64,000 nt of DNA from Silvanigrellaceae bacterium (lineage in GTDB: Bacteria; Bdellovibrionota_B; Oligoflexia; Silvanigrellales; Silvanigrellaceae): positions 9,006 to 73,005 of the forward strand of contig JBMSQQ010000002.1 of NCBI GenBank assembly GCA_049423385.1, read 5' to 3'. Shown here one piece after another: positions 7,823-18,253 of this stretch. Position 1 is the first letter of the stretch; the number at the start of each line of letters is the position of its first letter. The notes beneath the pieces are model-generated. The model was not told where the DNA came from. It did not search any database and worked only from the letters and a program-made list of their open reading frames with translations. The position numbers were made by a program, and so were the translations under genes.

Positions 7823-10444
7823 ATGGCTGTAGGCAAGGGAAAATCAACTTCAAAATCCTCTAAGAAAAACAGCAAGAGTGTTGCGAAACCGGCAAAGAAA
7901 GTCGCGAAATCGGCTCCGGGCAAGGGCAAAACCTCGCACTCTGCGCGTATGGCTCCATCAAAGCAAAAGCCTGGAAAAGGCGGCAAAAGCGCAAGTGCTC
8001 AGAAGAAGCCTCTGCCAAAGCCGACAAAATCTTCGAAGGCAGCGCCAGCGCGCAAGCCGCAGGTTGTGGCTAAAAAATCCACTCCTGTTGCGAAAAAATC
8101 CGCGGCTCAACAATCGCGCCCGGTTCAGAAGGCATCCGCCAAGGTGATTGTCAAACCAGCGCCCAAAGGCAAAACCCAGCAGATCATTGGAAGCAAAAAG
8201 CCAGTCGCGGCTCCTGCCGTGAAAGCACCACTGAGCTCAAATAAAACTCCACCGGCAAAAAACAACGTGCCAGCGAAGGCAGCGGCAGCGGCGAGTGTGC
8301 CTCAAAAAGCTGCGACTGCTGCTGGAATTCCGGCCAAGAAATCAATGGGCGTCCCTGCGGTAAGCGGGAAGGGCTCTTCGGCAAACCAGGTCGCCGCCAA
8401 AGGCAAAGCGCCAGCTGCATCTGGAAATTCCGACAAGGAAGCATCCAAGAGCAGCCAGGGAGCACAGCTGAAGGCTGTTCCACCTGTTGTCGACAAAAAA
8501 TCCTCGGCTGATACGCAAGAGCCCAAGACCAAGAACAAATCGGGCGAGAAGACAGCAGCAGATAAAAATCAAAAGGTGGCAACGACTGCCAAACCTGCTG
8601 CAGGCAAAGGGACAGGAGAGTCCACCAGCAAGTTGCCATTGGCAGCGATCGGTGAAAAATCTGCAAGTTCCGAAGTCACGAAAGATTCCAAGAACGCTGG
8701 CAAGAAGGTCGGAGCCCGGACGGTAGACGGAGCAACTGCATCGGAGAAAGCTCCTCAATCGGGCAAGAAAAAGAACCGGGCGGAAGGCGAAGAGGGTCCT
8801 GAGGGAGATCTTGAGGACGTCGAGCCAAGCGCTGACTTTGATGCAGATTTGGAAGATTTGGGGCCTGACCTCGATGCTGAGCCTGAAGACGGAGCCAATC
8901 TTTCGGAAGATGATATTTTTGCAGCCGATGATTTCGGCTCGGAAACTGTTGAAGAAGAAGAGCTGGATTCTTCGCTGGGGCGCAGCAATGACCCGGTTCG
9001 AATCTACCTCCGAAAAATGGGCCAGGTGGCTTTGCTTTCGCGTGATGGCGAAGTCGAGATTGCCAAGAAAATTGAAAATGAAGAAAACAAATTGCTTCAG
9101 CATCTGGTGAACCTCCGTTTGGGAGTTCGTCACATCTCGGATATTGGTCAGCGCTTTTTGGATGGAGCCATAAAGGCAAAGAATCTCGTCAAGGGATTCG
9201 ACGACGAGCAGGATCAAGCGACCGACGAAGGTCAAACTGCACGCGTTCGCACGCTTGTGGAAGGTTTTCTCGGGCAAGCCAAGACGGCAGTGACCCTCGA
9301 AGACAAATACGGCTTTGAGCATCTTGAAAATGCAACTCCAGCCGACAAAAAGTCGCTGAATGAATCACGTATGCAGATGTTTGAGCTCGTCAAGGAAATC
9401 AACATCAACCGAAGGATTATTCAGCAGATCACGTCTGAACTGGACACTCATGCGAAAGCTGTTGCTGATGTTGAAAAAGAGCTCAACAAGTTGAAATACA
9501 GAACCCGCATGGAAGAGAGCAAGCTCCGCGCCTATGCCGAAGCCGATGCTCCACGTCCGCTGGAAGTCAACTTCCTTTCTGAAAGGGAGTGGGAAGCCTG
9601 CAAGCGGTCTTACGTCAATACACAGCAGACAATCCGTGGCAGCGAGGAAGCATGCTTCCTTCCGCGCAAAGAAATTCCCCGCATGTATCAGGTTGTCAGC
9701 ACAGCCAACAGGCAAGCTGAGGATGCCAAGCGTGAATTGATTGAAGCGAACCTGCGCTTGGTCGTTTCGATCGCGAAAAAGTACATGAACCGTGGTTTGC
9801 AGTTCCTCGACTTGATTCAGGAAGGCAACATTGGCCTGATGAAGGCGGTGGAAAAGTTCGAATATCGACGTGGATATAAATTCAGCACATATGCAACCTG
9901 GTGGATTCGCCAGGCGATCACCCGTGCGATTGCTGACCAAGCGCGTACGATTCGTATTCCTGTGCATATGATTGAAACCATCAACAAGATGGTTCGAACC
10001 AGTCGCTACCTGGTGCAGGAAATGGGTCGAGAGCCAACTCCCGAAGAAATCGCACAGCGCATGGACATGAGTCTTGAGAAAGTTCGCAAGGTCATGAAAA
10101 TCGCGCGTGAGCCAATCTCGCTCGAAGCACCGATCGGTGAAGAGGAAGACAACCACTACGGTGACTTCCTTGAGGACAAGACGCGTGGTGCACCTGTGGA
10201 TATCGTTGCGAACCAGAGTTTGTCAGATCAAACCCGCAAGGTGCTGGCAACGCTCACTCCTCGTGAGGAGAAAGTTCTCAGAATGCGCTTTGGTATTGGT
10301 GAAAAGACCGACCATACGCTTGAGGAAGTCGGACAAAGCTTCGACGTGACGCGCGAACGTATTCGTCAAATCGAGGCCAAGGCACTGCGCAAGCTCCGTC
10401 ACCCTTGCCGTTCAAAGAAGCTCAAGGCTTTCATCGAGAGCTGA
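7823..10444 (+). CDS. rpoD: Primary sigma factor RpoD with about 390-aa disordered N-terminal extension
   Basis: Region 1.2 [11 protein letters not shown]; region 2 [41 protein letters not shown]; region 4 [35 protein letters not shown] before ATG 7823. Confidence 0.97.
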   Translation: MAVGKGKSTSKSSKKNSKSVAKPAKKVAKSAPGKGKTSHSARMAPSKQKPGKGGKSASAQKKPLPKPTKSSKAAPARKPQVVAKKSTPVAKKSAAQQSRPVQKASAKVIVKPAPKGKTQQIIGSKKPVAAPAVKAPLSSNKTPPAKNNVPAKAAAAASVPQKAATAAGIPAKKSMGVPAVSGKGSSANQVAAKGKAPAASGNSDKEASKSSQGAQLKAVPPVVDKKSSADTQEPKTKNKSGEKTAADKNQKVATTAKPAAGKGTGESTSKLPLAAIGEKSASSEVTKDSKNAGKKVGARTVDGATASEKAPQSGKKKNRAEGEEGPEGDLEDVEPSADFDADLEDLGPDLDAEPEDGANLSEDDIFAADDFGSETVEEEELDSSLGRSNDPVRIYLRKMGQVALLSRDGEVEIAKKIENEENKLLQHLVNLRLGVRHISDIGQRFLDGAIKAKNLVKGFDDEQDQATDEGQTARVRTLVEGFLGQAKTAVTLEDKYGFEHLENATPADKKSLNESRMQMFELVKEININRRIIQQITSELDTHAKAVADVEKELNKLKYRTRMEESKLRAYAEADAPRPLEVNFLSEREWEACKRSYVNTQQTIRGSEEACFLPRKEIPRMYQVVSTANRQAEDAKRELIEANLRLVVSIAKKYMNRGLQFLDLIQEGNIGLMKAVEKFEYRRGYKFSTYATWWIRQAITRAIADQARTIRIPVHMIETINKMVRTSRYLVQEMGREPTPEEIAQRMDMSLEKVRKVMKIAREPISLEAPIGEEEDNHYGDFLEDKTRGAPVDIVANQSLSDQTRKVLATLTPREEKVLRMRFGIGEKTDHTLEEVGQSFDVTRERIRQIEAKALRKLRHPCRSKKLKAFIES

Positions 10445-10480
10445 GCTTCCACGTTCGCACGTGATTGTCTGCAATCACGC

Positions 10481-10522
10481 AAAAGCCCTGCTTTGGACTT
10501 GAAAACCAAAGCAGGGCTTTTT
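10481..10522. terminator. Bidirectional intrinsic terminator between convergent rpoD and folB
   Basis: AAAAGCCCTGCTTTGG-9 nt loop-CCAAAGCAGGGCTTTT perfect 16-bp inverted repeat with A and T tracts. Confidence 0.9.
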
Positions 10523-10572
10523 GTTGATCAAAATCTTAATACGGAGTTCTATGACTTGGATACAGTCGTCAA

Positions 10573-10962
10573 TCAGTGATGAAACTGGCGCGAGACATCG
10601 ATGGCAACGGACCCGGTGAAGTGGGTCAATGGGACAAAGGCTTTATAGAGAACGATTCGGGCTGCCCGCACGCCTTTGAATTCGATTTCAATCACATCAA
10701 GCAGCTGCTCTGCCAAATATTCAAGCAAACTCACCCGCCCCAACCCCTGAATATAGGACTGAACTCTTTCGATGATTTTGCTGTAGTCAACCACCTTTTC
10801 GAGGCTGTCGTTGGTGTTGCGGTAGGGAACTTGGACACTGAGGTCGATTTTGAGGTTCTGTCCCACCTTTTGCTCGTGCGGGTTGGCCCCGAGATAAAGG
10901 AAAGTGTAAACGTCGCGGATGTGGATCCAGCACAATTCATTGTCATTTTGAAGCGTGTTCAT
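10573..10962 (-). CDS. folB: Dihydroneopterin aldolase
   Basis: LGANPHEQKVGQNLKIDL, DSLEKVVDYS, LLEYLAE motifs. Confidence 0.9.
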   Translation of the reverse strand: MNTLQNDNELCWIHIRDVYTFLYLGANPHEQKVGQNLKIDLSVQVPYRNTNDSLEKVVDYSKIIERVQSYIQGLGRVSLLEYLAEQLLDVIEIEFKGVRAARIVLYKAFVPLTHFTGSVAIDVSRQFHH

Positions 10963-11065
10963 GCTCTTAATCCTTGCAAACTGCAGGGAGGCGGCTTTCC
11001 ATCGTTCTTATGCTCCGGTATTGGTAACAAGACAAGTCTAAAGAAGAACAAACAGGACAGACATT

Positions 11066-12298
11066 ATGGCAGACATGAACCTTCCGCTCTCAGAACTCGG
11101 CAGAACGCATATTCAATGGAATGATGAATATGGCGCCCACAATTATCACCCCATTCCCGTGGTTCTGGCTCGAGGTGAAGCAGAATGGGTTTGGGATGTG
11201 GACGGCAAACGTTATCTGGACATGCTGAGTGCTTACAGTGCGGTGAACCAGGGTCATGTGCATCCCAGGATGATGGAAACCCTTGTGCAACAGGCGGCTC
11301 GAATCACCCTGACGTCGCGTGCTTTCTACAACGACCAGCTTGGCCCGTGGCTGAAGGAATTGACTCGTCTTTGTTCCAGGGATCGCGCCTTGCCAATGAA
11401 TTCTGGAGCCGAAGCGGTTGAGACTGCAGTCAAGCTTGCCCGGAAGTGGGGATACCGCAGCAAGAAGGTTCCCCATGATCAAGCTGAAATCATTGTTTGC
11501 GATTCGAACTTTCATGGACGTACAACCATGATTGTCGGATTTTCCTCGGACCCGCAGTACCGCGCAGATTTTGGACCATTCACCGGGGGATTCAAAATCA
11601 TTCCCTATGGCGACTCCAAGGCTCTTGAGTCAGCCATCACTCCGAATACAGTTGGATTTCTTGTTGAACCCATTCAGGGGGAAGCTGGAGTTATTGTTCC
11701 TCCAGCGGGTTATCTGGCTGAATGCGATCGGATTTGCAAAAAGAACAACGTCTTGTTCATGGTTGACGAGATTCAGACCGGACTTTGTCGGACCGGTAAA
11801 ATGTTCTGCCATGAACATGAGGATTGCAAACCGGATCTGTTGATTCTGGGCAAGGCACTTGGCGGCGGCTTCTATCCCATTTCCGCCGTCGTCGGCGATG
11901 ATGCCGTGCTTGGATTGTTGAAGCCGGGCGATCATGGTTCGACTTTCGGTGGAAACCCTTTGGCTTGCGCACTGTCACGCACAGCCCTCAAAATTTTGCA
12001 GGATGAAAATCTGGCCAAGAGGGCTGGAGAGCTTGGAGAGTTGTTCCGCACGCGCCTTTCGAAAACCTTGCCTGCATCAAAGGTCAAGGAAGTTCGTGGC
12101 AAGGGACTTTTGAATGCGATTGAACTGACGACTGCCGCGGGCCCGGCACGTATTTATTCCGAGCAGTTGGCGCTGCGCGGAGTATTGGCAAAAGAAACGC
12201 GATCGACAACGATTCGATTTGCTCCACCGTTGGTGATTTCCCGTGAATCCATCGAATGGGCGATGACCCAGATTGAGGGCGTATTCGCCGGACAATAG
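11066..12298 (+). CDS. rocD: Ornithine--oxo-acid aminotransferase
   Basis: [42 protein letters not shown] lysine [17 protein letters not shown]. Confidence 0.95.
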   Translation: MADMNLPLSELGRTHIQWNDEYGAHNYHPIPVVLARGEAEWVWDVDGKRYLDMLSAYSAVNQGHVHPRMMETLVQQAARITLTSRAFYNDQLGPWLKELTRLCSRDRALPMNSGAEAVETAVKLARKWGYRSKKVPHDQAEIIVCDSNFHGRTTMIVGFSSDPQYRADFGPFTGGFKIIPYGDSKALESAITPNTVGFLVEPIQGEAGVIVPPAGYLAECDRICKKNNVLFMVDEIQTGLCRTGKMFCHEHEDCKPDLLILGKALGGGFYPISAVVGDDAVLGLLKPGDHGSTFGGNPLACALSRTALKILQDENLAKRAGELGELFRTRLSKTLPASKVKEVRGKGLLNAIELTTAAGPARIYSEQLALRGVLAKETRSTTIRFAPPLVISRESIEWAMTQIEGVFAGQ

Positions 12299-12325
12299 GC
12301 AAAAGCCGGTTTGTGCGCTGAAATT

Positions 12326-14986
12326 TCAAATCGCAATTTCAAGGTTTTCGTCCAGAGTTTCGGAAGTATCCTCTTCCGGCTCCAGTTGCTCTGTGAATGT
12401 CCGTTCCCGTTCCTGAGCATCCTTGAGTGCTGATTTCACCATGTCTGGATTGCCAACTTCGTTTATTTTGACCCAATTGTACGGCAGCGCTCCACCGTTG
12501 GTGCGAATCTCCTCTCCCCTCGATGCATCATCCGATCGTGCTTCACCAAACAACACGCAGGGAATATCGCGACAACCCACCTGAATACGGCGTTTGAGTC
12601 CGGTCGAAAGTTCGTCCGGAAAAGCGATGTATTCGAAGCTTCCCTTGTGCAAAAGTTCAAAGAAACTGTGAACGGTTGATGTTTCCTGGACCTTGAAGCC
12701 AAGCTCGGTGAGAGTGTTTGACAAAACGAGCGCGTCTTTTTGATGATTTTTTGAAATATTCCCCAGGAGCACTTTTCCGAGGGAAGGAACAAGGTCACGT
12801 ACGGTATGCTTGGTGAGCAGCCCCAGTTTTCCGATGCTTTCCCTGATGGATTTGTTCATGGTGAGGATGAGCAACTTGTGCAGTTCGTCCTGCTCGAAAG
12901 GCAACGTCAAGTAGCCTACAAATCCAAGGCGCAATGCAGTCAGGGACTCGCCTCGCCGAGGCTGCTGACTCATCAGAATTGCCGGAGTTCCCTTTGAACG
13001 GACATAATTGATGACTTTTTGAATTTGCTTTTCTTTCAATTTTTGAGTGTTGGAAATGAACAACAGCATGCATTCATTCGCGTTGGAGAATTGATGTTCC
13101 AGCGCATCCACGGGAGTCAGCCACTGACAGCTCAACTGCTGAGATGATTCAATCAGGCTTCTTGCCTCCTCCGGAAGGATGTCATCGGACACAATCACAA
13201 GGCTTTCAGGAAGCTGACGGCCCGACAGATCGAGGTCAAATGCTTCGATTCGGTTCATGCCAGCTTGAATTGAAATGTTGATGCGGATGAATTCGTCGTT
13301 GTTGAGAAGTTCGTCCGCCGTGTTTGATAAAGAAAGGAAAGGCGAATAATGCGAAAGATAGATTTGTAGAGATGGATCACGAAGAACTGCAGAGCCGTCG
13401 GGAGAGAAAAGCGAAATAACAAGTTTTTTTTCAGTTGGATTGTATCCAACGTTCATTGTGATTGCAGTGAAAGAGTTTGTTTCGTGACAAGATTGAAAGA
13501 TGCCTTTGAGGAATTGTCTCAGGTGAGTGGGGTCGCCAACCACAAAAGTCGGCAGAGTCTTTTCCAGTTCGACGTTGACCCGCATGGAACCATCGCTTGA
13601 CTCATGAATTTCGCGGAAAAATTGAAAGACGTTGAATTCAATTTTATGGGTTGCCAGCGATGGGTTTGAAGCATTTGAAATCTCAAGAAGGCTGTGAATG
13701 TTGTCGATCAATGACTCACACATGTGCAGGAATGATTCCGCTTTGGCGCCTGGAATTTCGCGCGCTGCATTTTGCAGCCTGTGGATGATTTTCAATTGAC
13801 TGTTGGCTTGTTCGAGAATCACGTCTTCAATATTGTGATTATTGCCGAGCACCTGTTCCCGGACGAGCGCAAATACGGCAAATCTCTCTCCATGGTTGAT
13901 GATGGTGGAGATGGAGTAGTGGAATCGACGCGAGCCTTCAGGAAGTTCAACGGAACATGGCGTGCCTTGCACCTTCGGGTGTTTTTGATTCAGAACTTTG
14001 GCAAGTCTGGCGCCAATTTCCTCGTCCAATTGAAGATAGGAGTTCAAGAACGCCGAAGCTTGAAGATTTTGCACCAGATCAGGGTCAAGGCCAATCTCGT
14101 CGAGAAACTGTTCCATGGCTTCATTGATGAACTTAAGGCGACCATTCTGGCTAAATATTGCAATGGGTTCATTGACCGTGTTGAAAGATTTCAGCCAGCC
14201 ATCCCTCGAGTTTTTTTGCTTGCGATCCTGTTCTTCGAGAATAAAGGCGATTTGGCCAAATTCATCGCCTTCGAATTGTTCGAGCGGAAATCGCGATTGT
14301 TCCTCGAGGCGCTCAATTGTTATTTTTGAATTGTGGAGTTGTTTGACTCTGGCCGCATCTGAAAGGCGTCGGCTGAGCAAAGAATCACGCAGAATATGAA
14401 GAGGTTTGAAAACATATTGTTTTGCGAAAATAAAAAATATCGCACATGAAGACATCAACACGATAAGCAGAGCAAATGCCAGCCAACGCTGAAAAATCAG
14501 CGTCTCGCGCGATATTTTGAGTTCCGGAAAATCCTTTTCGCCAAGGACCAATGACGAATTTGATTCAATCAGAGGATGCTTGTTGATGATCCAGATGATG
14601 TCGCCATTTGCCTGTGCACTGACTGCAAAGGCACTTTTCGACAGATTCTCTGGAAGCAAAACCCTCAGGATCAGCCGATTTGATTCAAGCAGGATGGGCG
14701 CCGCATCATCGGGATTCTCGTATCTCGGTTGGATGAGATGGTTCAGTCCATTCAGGCCCAGTTGATCGTTTGCAGCCCAACGGCTGACGGCGAGGTTCAC
14801 GGCTTCCTGTTGAAATTTTTTAGTCTGCAAATCAGAGATGTAAAAGATTGCGCCCAGGCCCAGCAGACCCAGGGCAACGAAACTCACAATCATTGTGAAG
14901 CGGAATCTGTCTTCAACAGACAGAGACAGGCTTGCTGCACCACGACGGTTCGGTTTTGCATTTCCACCCAGGTCGCGACTGGTCAT
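12326..14986 (-). CDS. Membrane protein derived from a hybrid histidine kinase, catalytic motifs eroded (2 TM, HAMP/PAS-like, pseudo-HATPase, two pseudo-receivers)
   Basis: Two TM helices; [23 protein letters not shown]-like; [19 protein letters not shown] (N-box Asn absent); [16 protein letters not shown] (KP replaced by LP); linker LLTKHTVRD. Confidence 0.65.
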   Translation of the reverse strand: MTSRDLGGNAKPNRRGAASLSLSVEDRFRFTMIVSFVALGLLGLGAIFYISDLQTKKFQQEAVNLAVSRWAANDQLGLNGLNHLIQPRYENPDDAAPILLESNRLILRVLLPENLSKSAFAVSAQANGDIIWIINKHPLIESNSSLVLGEKDFPELKISRETLIFQRWLAFALLIVLMSSCAIFFIFAKQYVFKPLHILRDSLLSRRLSDAARVKQLHNSKITIERLEEQSRFPLEQFEGDEFGQIAFILEEQDRKQKNSRDGWLKSFNTVNEPIAIFSQNGRLKFINEAMEQFLDEIGLDPDLVQNLQASAFLNSYLQLDEEIGARLAKVLNQKHPKVQGTPCSVELPEGSRRFHYSISTIINHGERFAVFALVREQVLGNNHNIEDVILEQANSQLKIIHRLQNAAREIPGAKAESFLHMCESLIDNIHSLLEISNASNPSLATHKIEFNVFQFFREIHESSDGSMRVNVELEKTLPTFVVGDPTHLRQFLKGIFQSCHETNSFTAITMNVGYNPTEKKLVISLFSPDGSAVLRDPSLQIYLSHYSPFLSLSNTADELLNNDEFIRINISIQAGMNRIEAFDLDLSGRQLPESLVIVSDDILPEEARSLIESSQQLSCQWLTPVDALEHQFSNANECMLLFISNTQKLKEKQIQKVINYVRSKGTPAILMSQQPRRGESLTALRLGFVGYLTLPFEQDELHKLLILTMNKSIRESIGKLGLLTKHTVRDLVPSLGKVLLGNISKNHQKDALVLSNTLTELGFKVQETSTVHSFFELLHKGSFEYIAFPDELSTGLKRRIQVGCRDIPCVLFGEARSDDASRGEEIRTNGGALPYNWVKINEVGNPDMVKSALKDAQERERTFTEQLEPEEDTSETLDENLEIAI

Positions 14987-15047
14987 TTAGACTCCTTGCG
15001 GTACCCGAGATCACTCGGATTTTTAAGCGCGCTTCCAGCCCGGAGAA

Positions 15048-15074
15048 TGATCGGAGGAAAGCGAATAAATTTGA
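15048..15074 (-). promoter_or_regulatory. Sigma28/FliA-like promoter TCAA-N15-TCCGATCA
   Basis: Exact 15-nt spacer, about 60 nt upstream of ATG 14986. Confidence 0.5.
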
Positions 15075-15093
15075 GGCAGATTTTTTTTTGTGG

Positions 15094-15122
15094 TTGCAAA
15101 CGCAGTGGGGGTGGTCTAGGAG
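15094..15122 (+). promoter_or_regulatory. Candidate sigma70 promoter for rho (TTGCAA-N17-TAGGAG), preceded by a T9 tract
   Basis: Exact 17-nt spacer, 100 nt upstream of ATG 15223. Confidence 0.4.
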
Positions 15123-15222
15123 TATTGGGGTGTTCAATCGTTTGAACACTTTTTCGCTCCGAAACTCGTTCGAGTTTTGGCCGCTGTCTAATCAACCCCC
15201 CTTTATTATTCGGAAAATCTAC

Positions 15223-17106
15223 ATGGCTGACGAGAACAAGCCTCTTGACGAGTTGACTGTTGATGAGTCGAATTCCCCCCGTAAACGTCCATCGCGCAGA
15301 TTTGTGAGAAAAGACGAGGGAGCAGGCGACGATGTTGGCGCGGAAGGGTCGGTCTCCGAAGCTGCGGCTGGTTCAGGGGATGAGGATTCCAAGGGAGTCA
15401 GCACGTTCGTTCCTCAAAAAAGGGAAGATCGTCGTGGGTTTATGCCACGACGCGAGGCTCAAGCTGCTGCACCTGTGGCAGGCGAAGCATCACGCGAAGG
15501 CACAGCTCCCATGCCAAGTCCTGCCATGAATCCTGTCAGGGAGGCGGCTGCCGGTCCTGTGTCCGCGGCACCTACTCCCCAGGCTGCGAATGGCGGAAGC
15601 GGACCCGTTCAAGGTCAGCAAGGACATCCGCAGGGGCAGCACGGTGGGCACCACGGTCAGCACGGACAACATGGCCATCAGCAATTCCGTCGGCCAGGCC
15701 ATGGCGGCGGACAACACCAAGGTCGCCCGCATGGTCAAGGTGGATTTCAGCAGCGCCAGGGCGGTGGAAATTTCAATCCGAATTTCAAAAGATCCGACAA
15801 ACAACAGATGCCCATGATAGAGCAGAAGGAGCCGGAATTCAACGCGATCGTTCCGGTGATGAACCTCATGGAACTGAAAGAAAAGCACATCAGTGACCTT
15901 GTTCAAATGGCGCGCGAAATGGGCATCGAAGGTGCTGCCAACCTTCGCAAGCAAGATCTCGTGTTCGCATTGCTTGGAGCACAAGCAGCGCGCAATGGCG
16001 TTGTTTATTCTGAAGGCGTGCTTGAAACACTGCCAGATGGCTTCGGCTTTCTGCGCGCACCAGACTACAACTATCTTCCTGGGCCGGACGATATTTATGT
16101 GTCGCCATCGCAAATCCGCAGATTCAACCTGCGCACGGGCGATACGGTTTCAGGTCAAATCCGTCCACCGAAAGACAACGAACGTTATTTCGCTCTTTTG
16201 AAGGTTGAATCCGTCAACATGGAACCACCCGATCTGACGGGTGAGAAAATCCTGTTCGACAACTTGACCACGATTCACCCGAATGAGCGTTTGAAGCTTG
16301 AATATCATCCGGAAGTGCTCAGCACACGTACCATCGACTTGATGTCGCCTATCGGCAAGGGCCAGCGTTCGCTGATCGTTGCGCCACCGCGCACAGGTAA
16401 AACGGTACTTTTGCAGAACATTGCAACAGCAATCGCGCACAACCATCCTGAAGTTGTGTTGATTGTTCTCCTGATTGACGAGCGTCCCGAAGAAGTGACC
16501 GAAATGGAACGCACCGTGAAGGGCGAAGTCGTTTCGAGTACGTTCGACGAGCCGGCGTCGCGTCACGTTCAGGTGGCCGAAATGGTGATCGAAAAGGCCA
16601 AGCGGCTTGTTGAACATAAAAAAGATGTCGTGATTCTTCTCGACTCGATCACCCGTTTGGCTCGTGCGTACAACTCGGTTGTTCCGCCGAGCGGCAAGAT
16701 CCTCACCGGTGGTGTGGATGCCAATGCCCTTCACAAACCCAAGCGCTTTTTCGGAGCAGCCCGCAACGTCGAGGAAGGTGGAAGTTTGACCATCATCGCG
16801 ACAGCACTGATCGAAACGGGAAGCCGCATGGACGAAGTGATCTTTGAAGAGTTCAAGGGTACGGGCAACATGGAATTGGTGCTTGATCGTCGGTTGGCCG
16901 AACGTCGCGTCTTTCCTGCGATCGACATCAACAAGTCGGGAACACGTCGCGAAGACTTGCTGTTGCCCAAGGACATCCTCAACCGCTTGTGGGTCCTGCG
17001 CAAGGTGATTCATCCGATGAGCCCTATCGAGTCGATGGAGTTTTTGATCCAGCGGCTTGAAAGAACAGAAACCAACAATGATTTTCTTGGAAGCATGAAC
17101 GGTTAA
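15223..17106 (+). CDS. rho: Transcription termination factor Rho with about 210-aa disordered N-terminal extension
   Basis: [35 protein letters not shown]-loop [31 protein letters not shown]. Confidence 0.97.
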   Translation: MADENKPLDELTVDESNSPRKRPSRRFVRKDEGAGDDVGAEGSVSEAAAGSGDEDSKGVSTFVPQKREDRRGFMPRREAQAAAPVAGEASREGTAPMPSPAMNPVREAAAGPVSAAPTPQAANGGSGPVQGQQGHPQGQHGGHHGQHGQHGHQQFRRPGHGGGQHQGRPHGQGGFQQRQGGGNFNPNFKRSDKQQMPMIEQKEPEFNAIVPVMNLMELKEKHISDLVQMAREMGIEGAANLRKQDLVFALLGAQAARNGVVYSEGVLETLPDGFGFLRAPDYNYLPGPDDIYVSPSQIRRFNLRTGDTVSGQIRPPKDNERYFALLKVESVNMEPPDLTGEKILFDNLTTIHPNERLKLEYHPEVLSTRTIDLMSPIGKGQRSLIVAPPRTGKTVLLQNIATAIAHNHPEVVLIVLLIDERPEEVTEMERTVKGEVVSSTFDEPASRHVQVAEMVIEKAKRLVEHKKDVVILLDSITRLARAYNSVVPPSGKILTGGVDANALHKPKRFFGAARNVEEGGSLTIIATALIETGSRMDEVIFEEFKGTGNMELVLDRRLAERRVFPAIDINKSGTRREDLLLPKDILNRLWVLRKVIHPMSPIESMEFLIQRLERTETNNDFLGSMNG

Positions 17107-17125
17107 TACAAAGGGAGAGGGTGAG

Positions 17126-18241
17126 GTGATGACCCTGTCGACAGACATTTCACTCTCCGCATTGTTGGAGCTGCCGCAGTCCGCGGCAGCTTCTTCTTTG
17201 TCGGAGTTGCAAAATTTGATTGATGATGAACGCACCCGCTGCCTGAAGGTCACGGCACTGCCGTTGGCATCTTTCACGGAACTCCAGGCAGATGAAGTAC
17301 GTGTGCGCTTCACCGGAAGAAAGTCTCCGTTGCAGGATTGGCTCAAGGGATTGAGAAATTATCCGGCCGAAGAGCGCAAGGAGGCGGGAGCAAAGATCAA
17401 TCAGCTGAAAGCAATACTGGAAGCTGAAATCGAGAAGTTTGTCAGCGCATGTCGAAATTTTGCGGAGGAAAGGAAACTCGCGGAAGAATTCGTTGATCTT
17501 TCCCTGCCCATGCCTGAGCTGCGTTTGGGCTCGCGTCATCCGGTATCTTTGGCGGTACAGCAATTGCTTGAACCACTCAAGCGACTGGGATTCACTGTCA
17601 TCGATGGACCAGAACTTGAGCGTGAATTTTACAATTTTGAAGCTCTCAATATTCCCGCAGAGCACCCTGCACGTGAGATGCAGGACACGTTTTTCGTGGC
17701 CTCGGAATGGGTTCTACGGACACACACGAGCAGTGTTCAAGCACATGCGATGATGGAACGTGGAGTTCCATTGCGCGTGGCGTGTGCGGGTTTCACCTAT
17801 CGCAATGAATTGGACCTGACCCACGTGCCCACCTTCCGTCAGATCGAGTGCCTGGTGGTCGACAAGGGAATCACATTGGCGCACATGCGCAGCACGCTTG
17901 ATGCGTTTTTTGCCGAGGTGTTTGGTCGTCCTGTCAAACTGCGCCTGCGCTCCAGCTATTTTCCGTTCACAGAACCGAGTGCCGAAATCGACGTACAGTG
18001 CCAACAATGTTTTGGTGCCGGCTGCCGCAGCTGCAAACACACAGGCTGGTTGGAAATGGGCGGATGTGGACTTGTAAACACCCGCGTGCTCGACCGTTGT
18101 GGTGTGGATTCCAAAGTCTACAGCGGCTTCGCGTTCGGCATGGGAGTCGATCGGATTGCCATGAGCAAGTTTGGAATCGCCGACCTGCGTTCACTGTTTG
18201 AAGGCGACGTTTTGCTTTCGCGCCAGCTGTCTTTGCGTTGA
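17126..18241 (+). CDS. pheS: Phenylalanine--tRNA ligase alpha subunit
   Basis: NFEALNIPAEHPAREMQDTF, LRTHTS, YFPFTEPS, CxxC...CxxC insert, GFAFGMGVDR. Confidence 0.97.
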   Translation: MMTLSTDISLSALLELPQSAAASSLSELQNLIDDERTRCLKVTALPLASFTELQADEVRVRFTGRKSPLQDWLKGLRNYPAEERKEAGAKINQLKAILEAEIEKFVSACRNFAEERKLAEEFVDLSLPMPELRLGSRHPVSLAVQQLLEPLKRLGFTVIDGPELEREFYNFEALNIPAEHPAREMQDTFFVASEWVLRTHTSSVQAHAMMERGVPLRVACAGFTYRNELDLTHVPTFRQIECLVVDKGITLAHMRSTLDAFFAEVFGRPVKLRLRSSYFPFTEPSAEIDVQCQQCFGAGCRSCKHTGWLEMGGCGLVNTRVLDRCGVDSKVYSGFAFGMGVDRIAMSKFGIADLRSLFEGDVLLSRQLSLR

Positions 18242-18253
18242 GGGGATGGAATC

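Noticed and set aside
14932..15222. Longer upstream start for rho in the ORF track
   Set aside because: Overlaps the divergent gene and both promoter candidates; ATG 15223 is more plausible
15630..15740. Short CACGGN/CAGCAC repeats as a possible CRISPR or tandem DNA repeat
   Set aside because: They encode the Gly/Gln/His tract of Rho; no constant repeat-spacer structure and no cas genes
16150..17346. 398-aa antisense ORF over rho, and similar ones over rpoD, glnA, lon and nuoF
   Set aside because: Shadow ORFs from codon bias of conserved sense genes; no recognisable motifs
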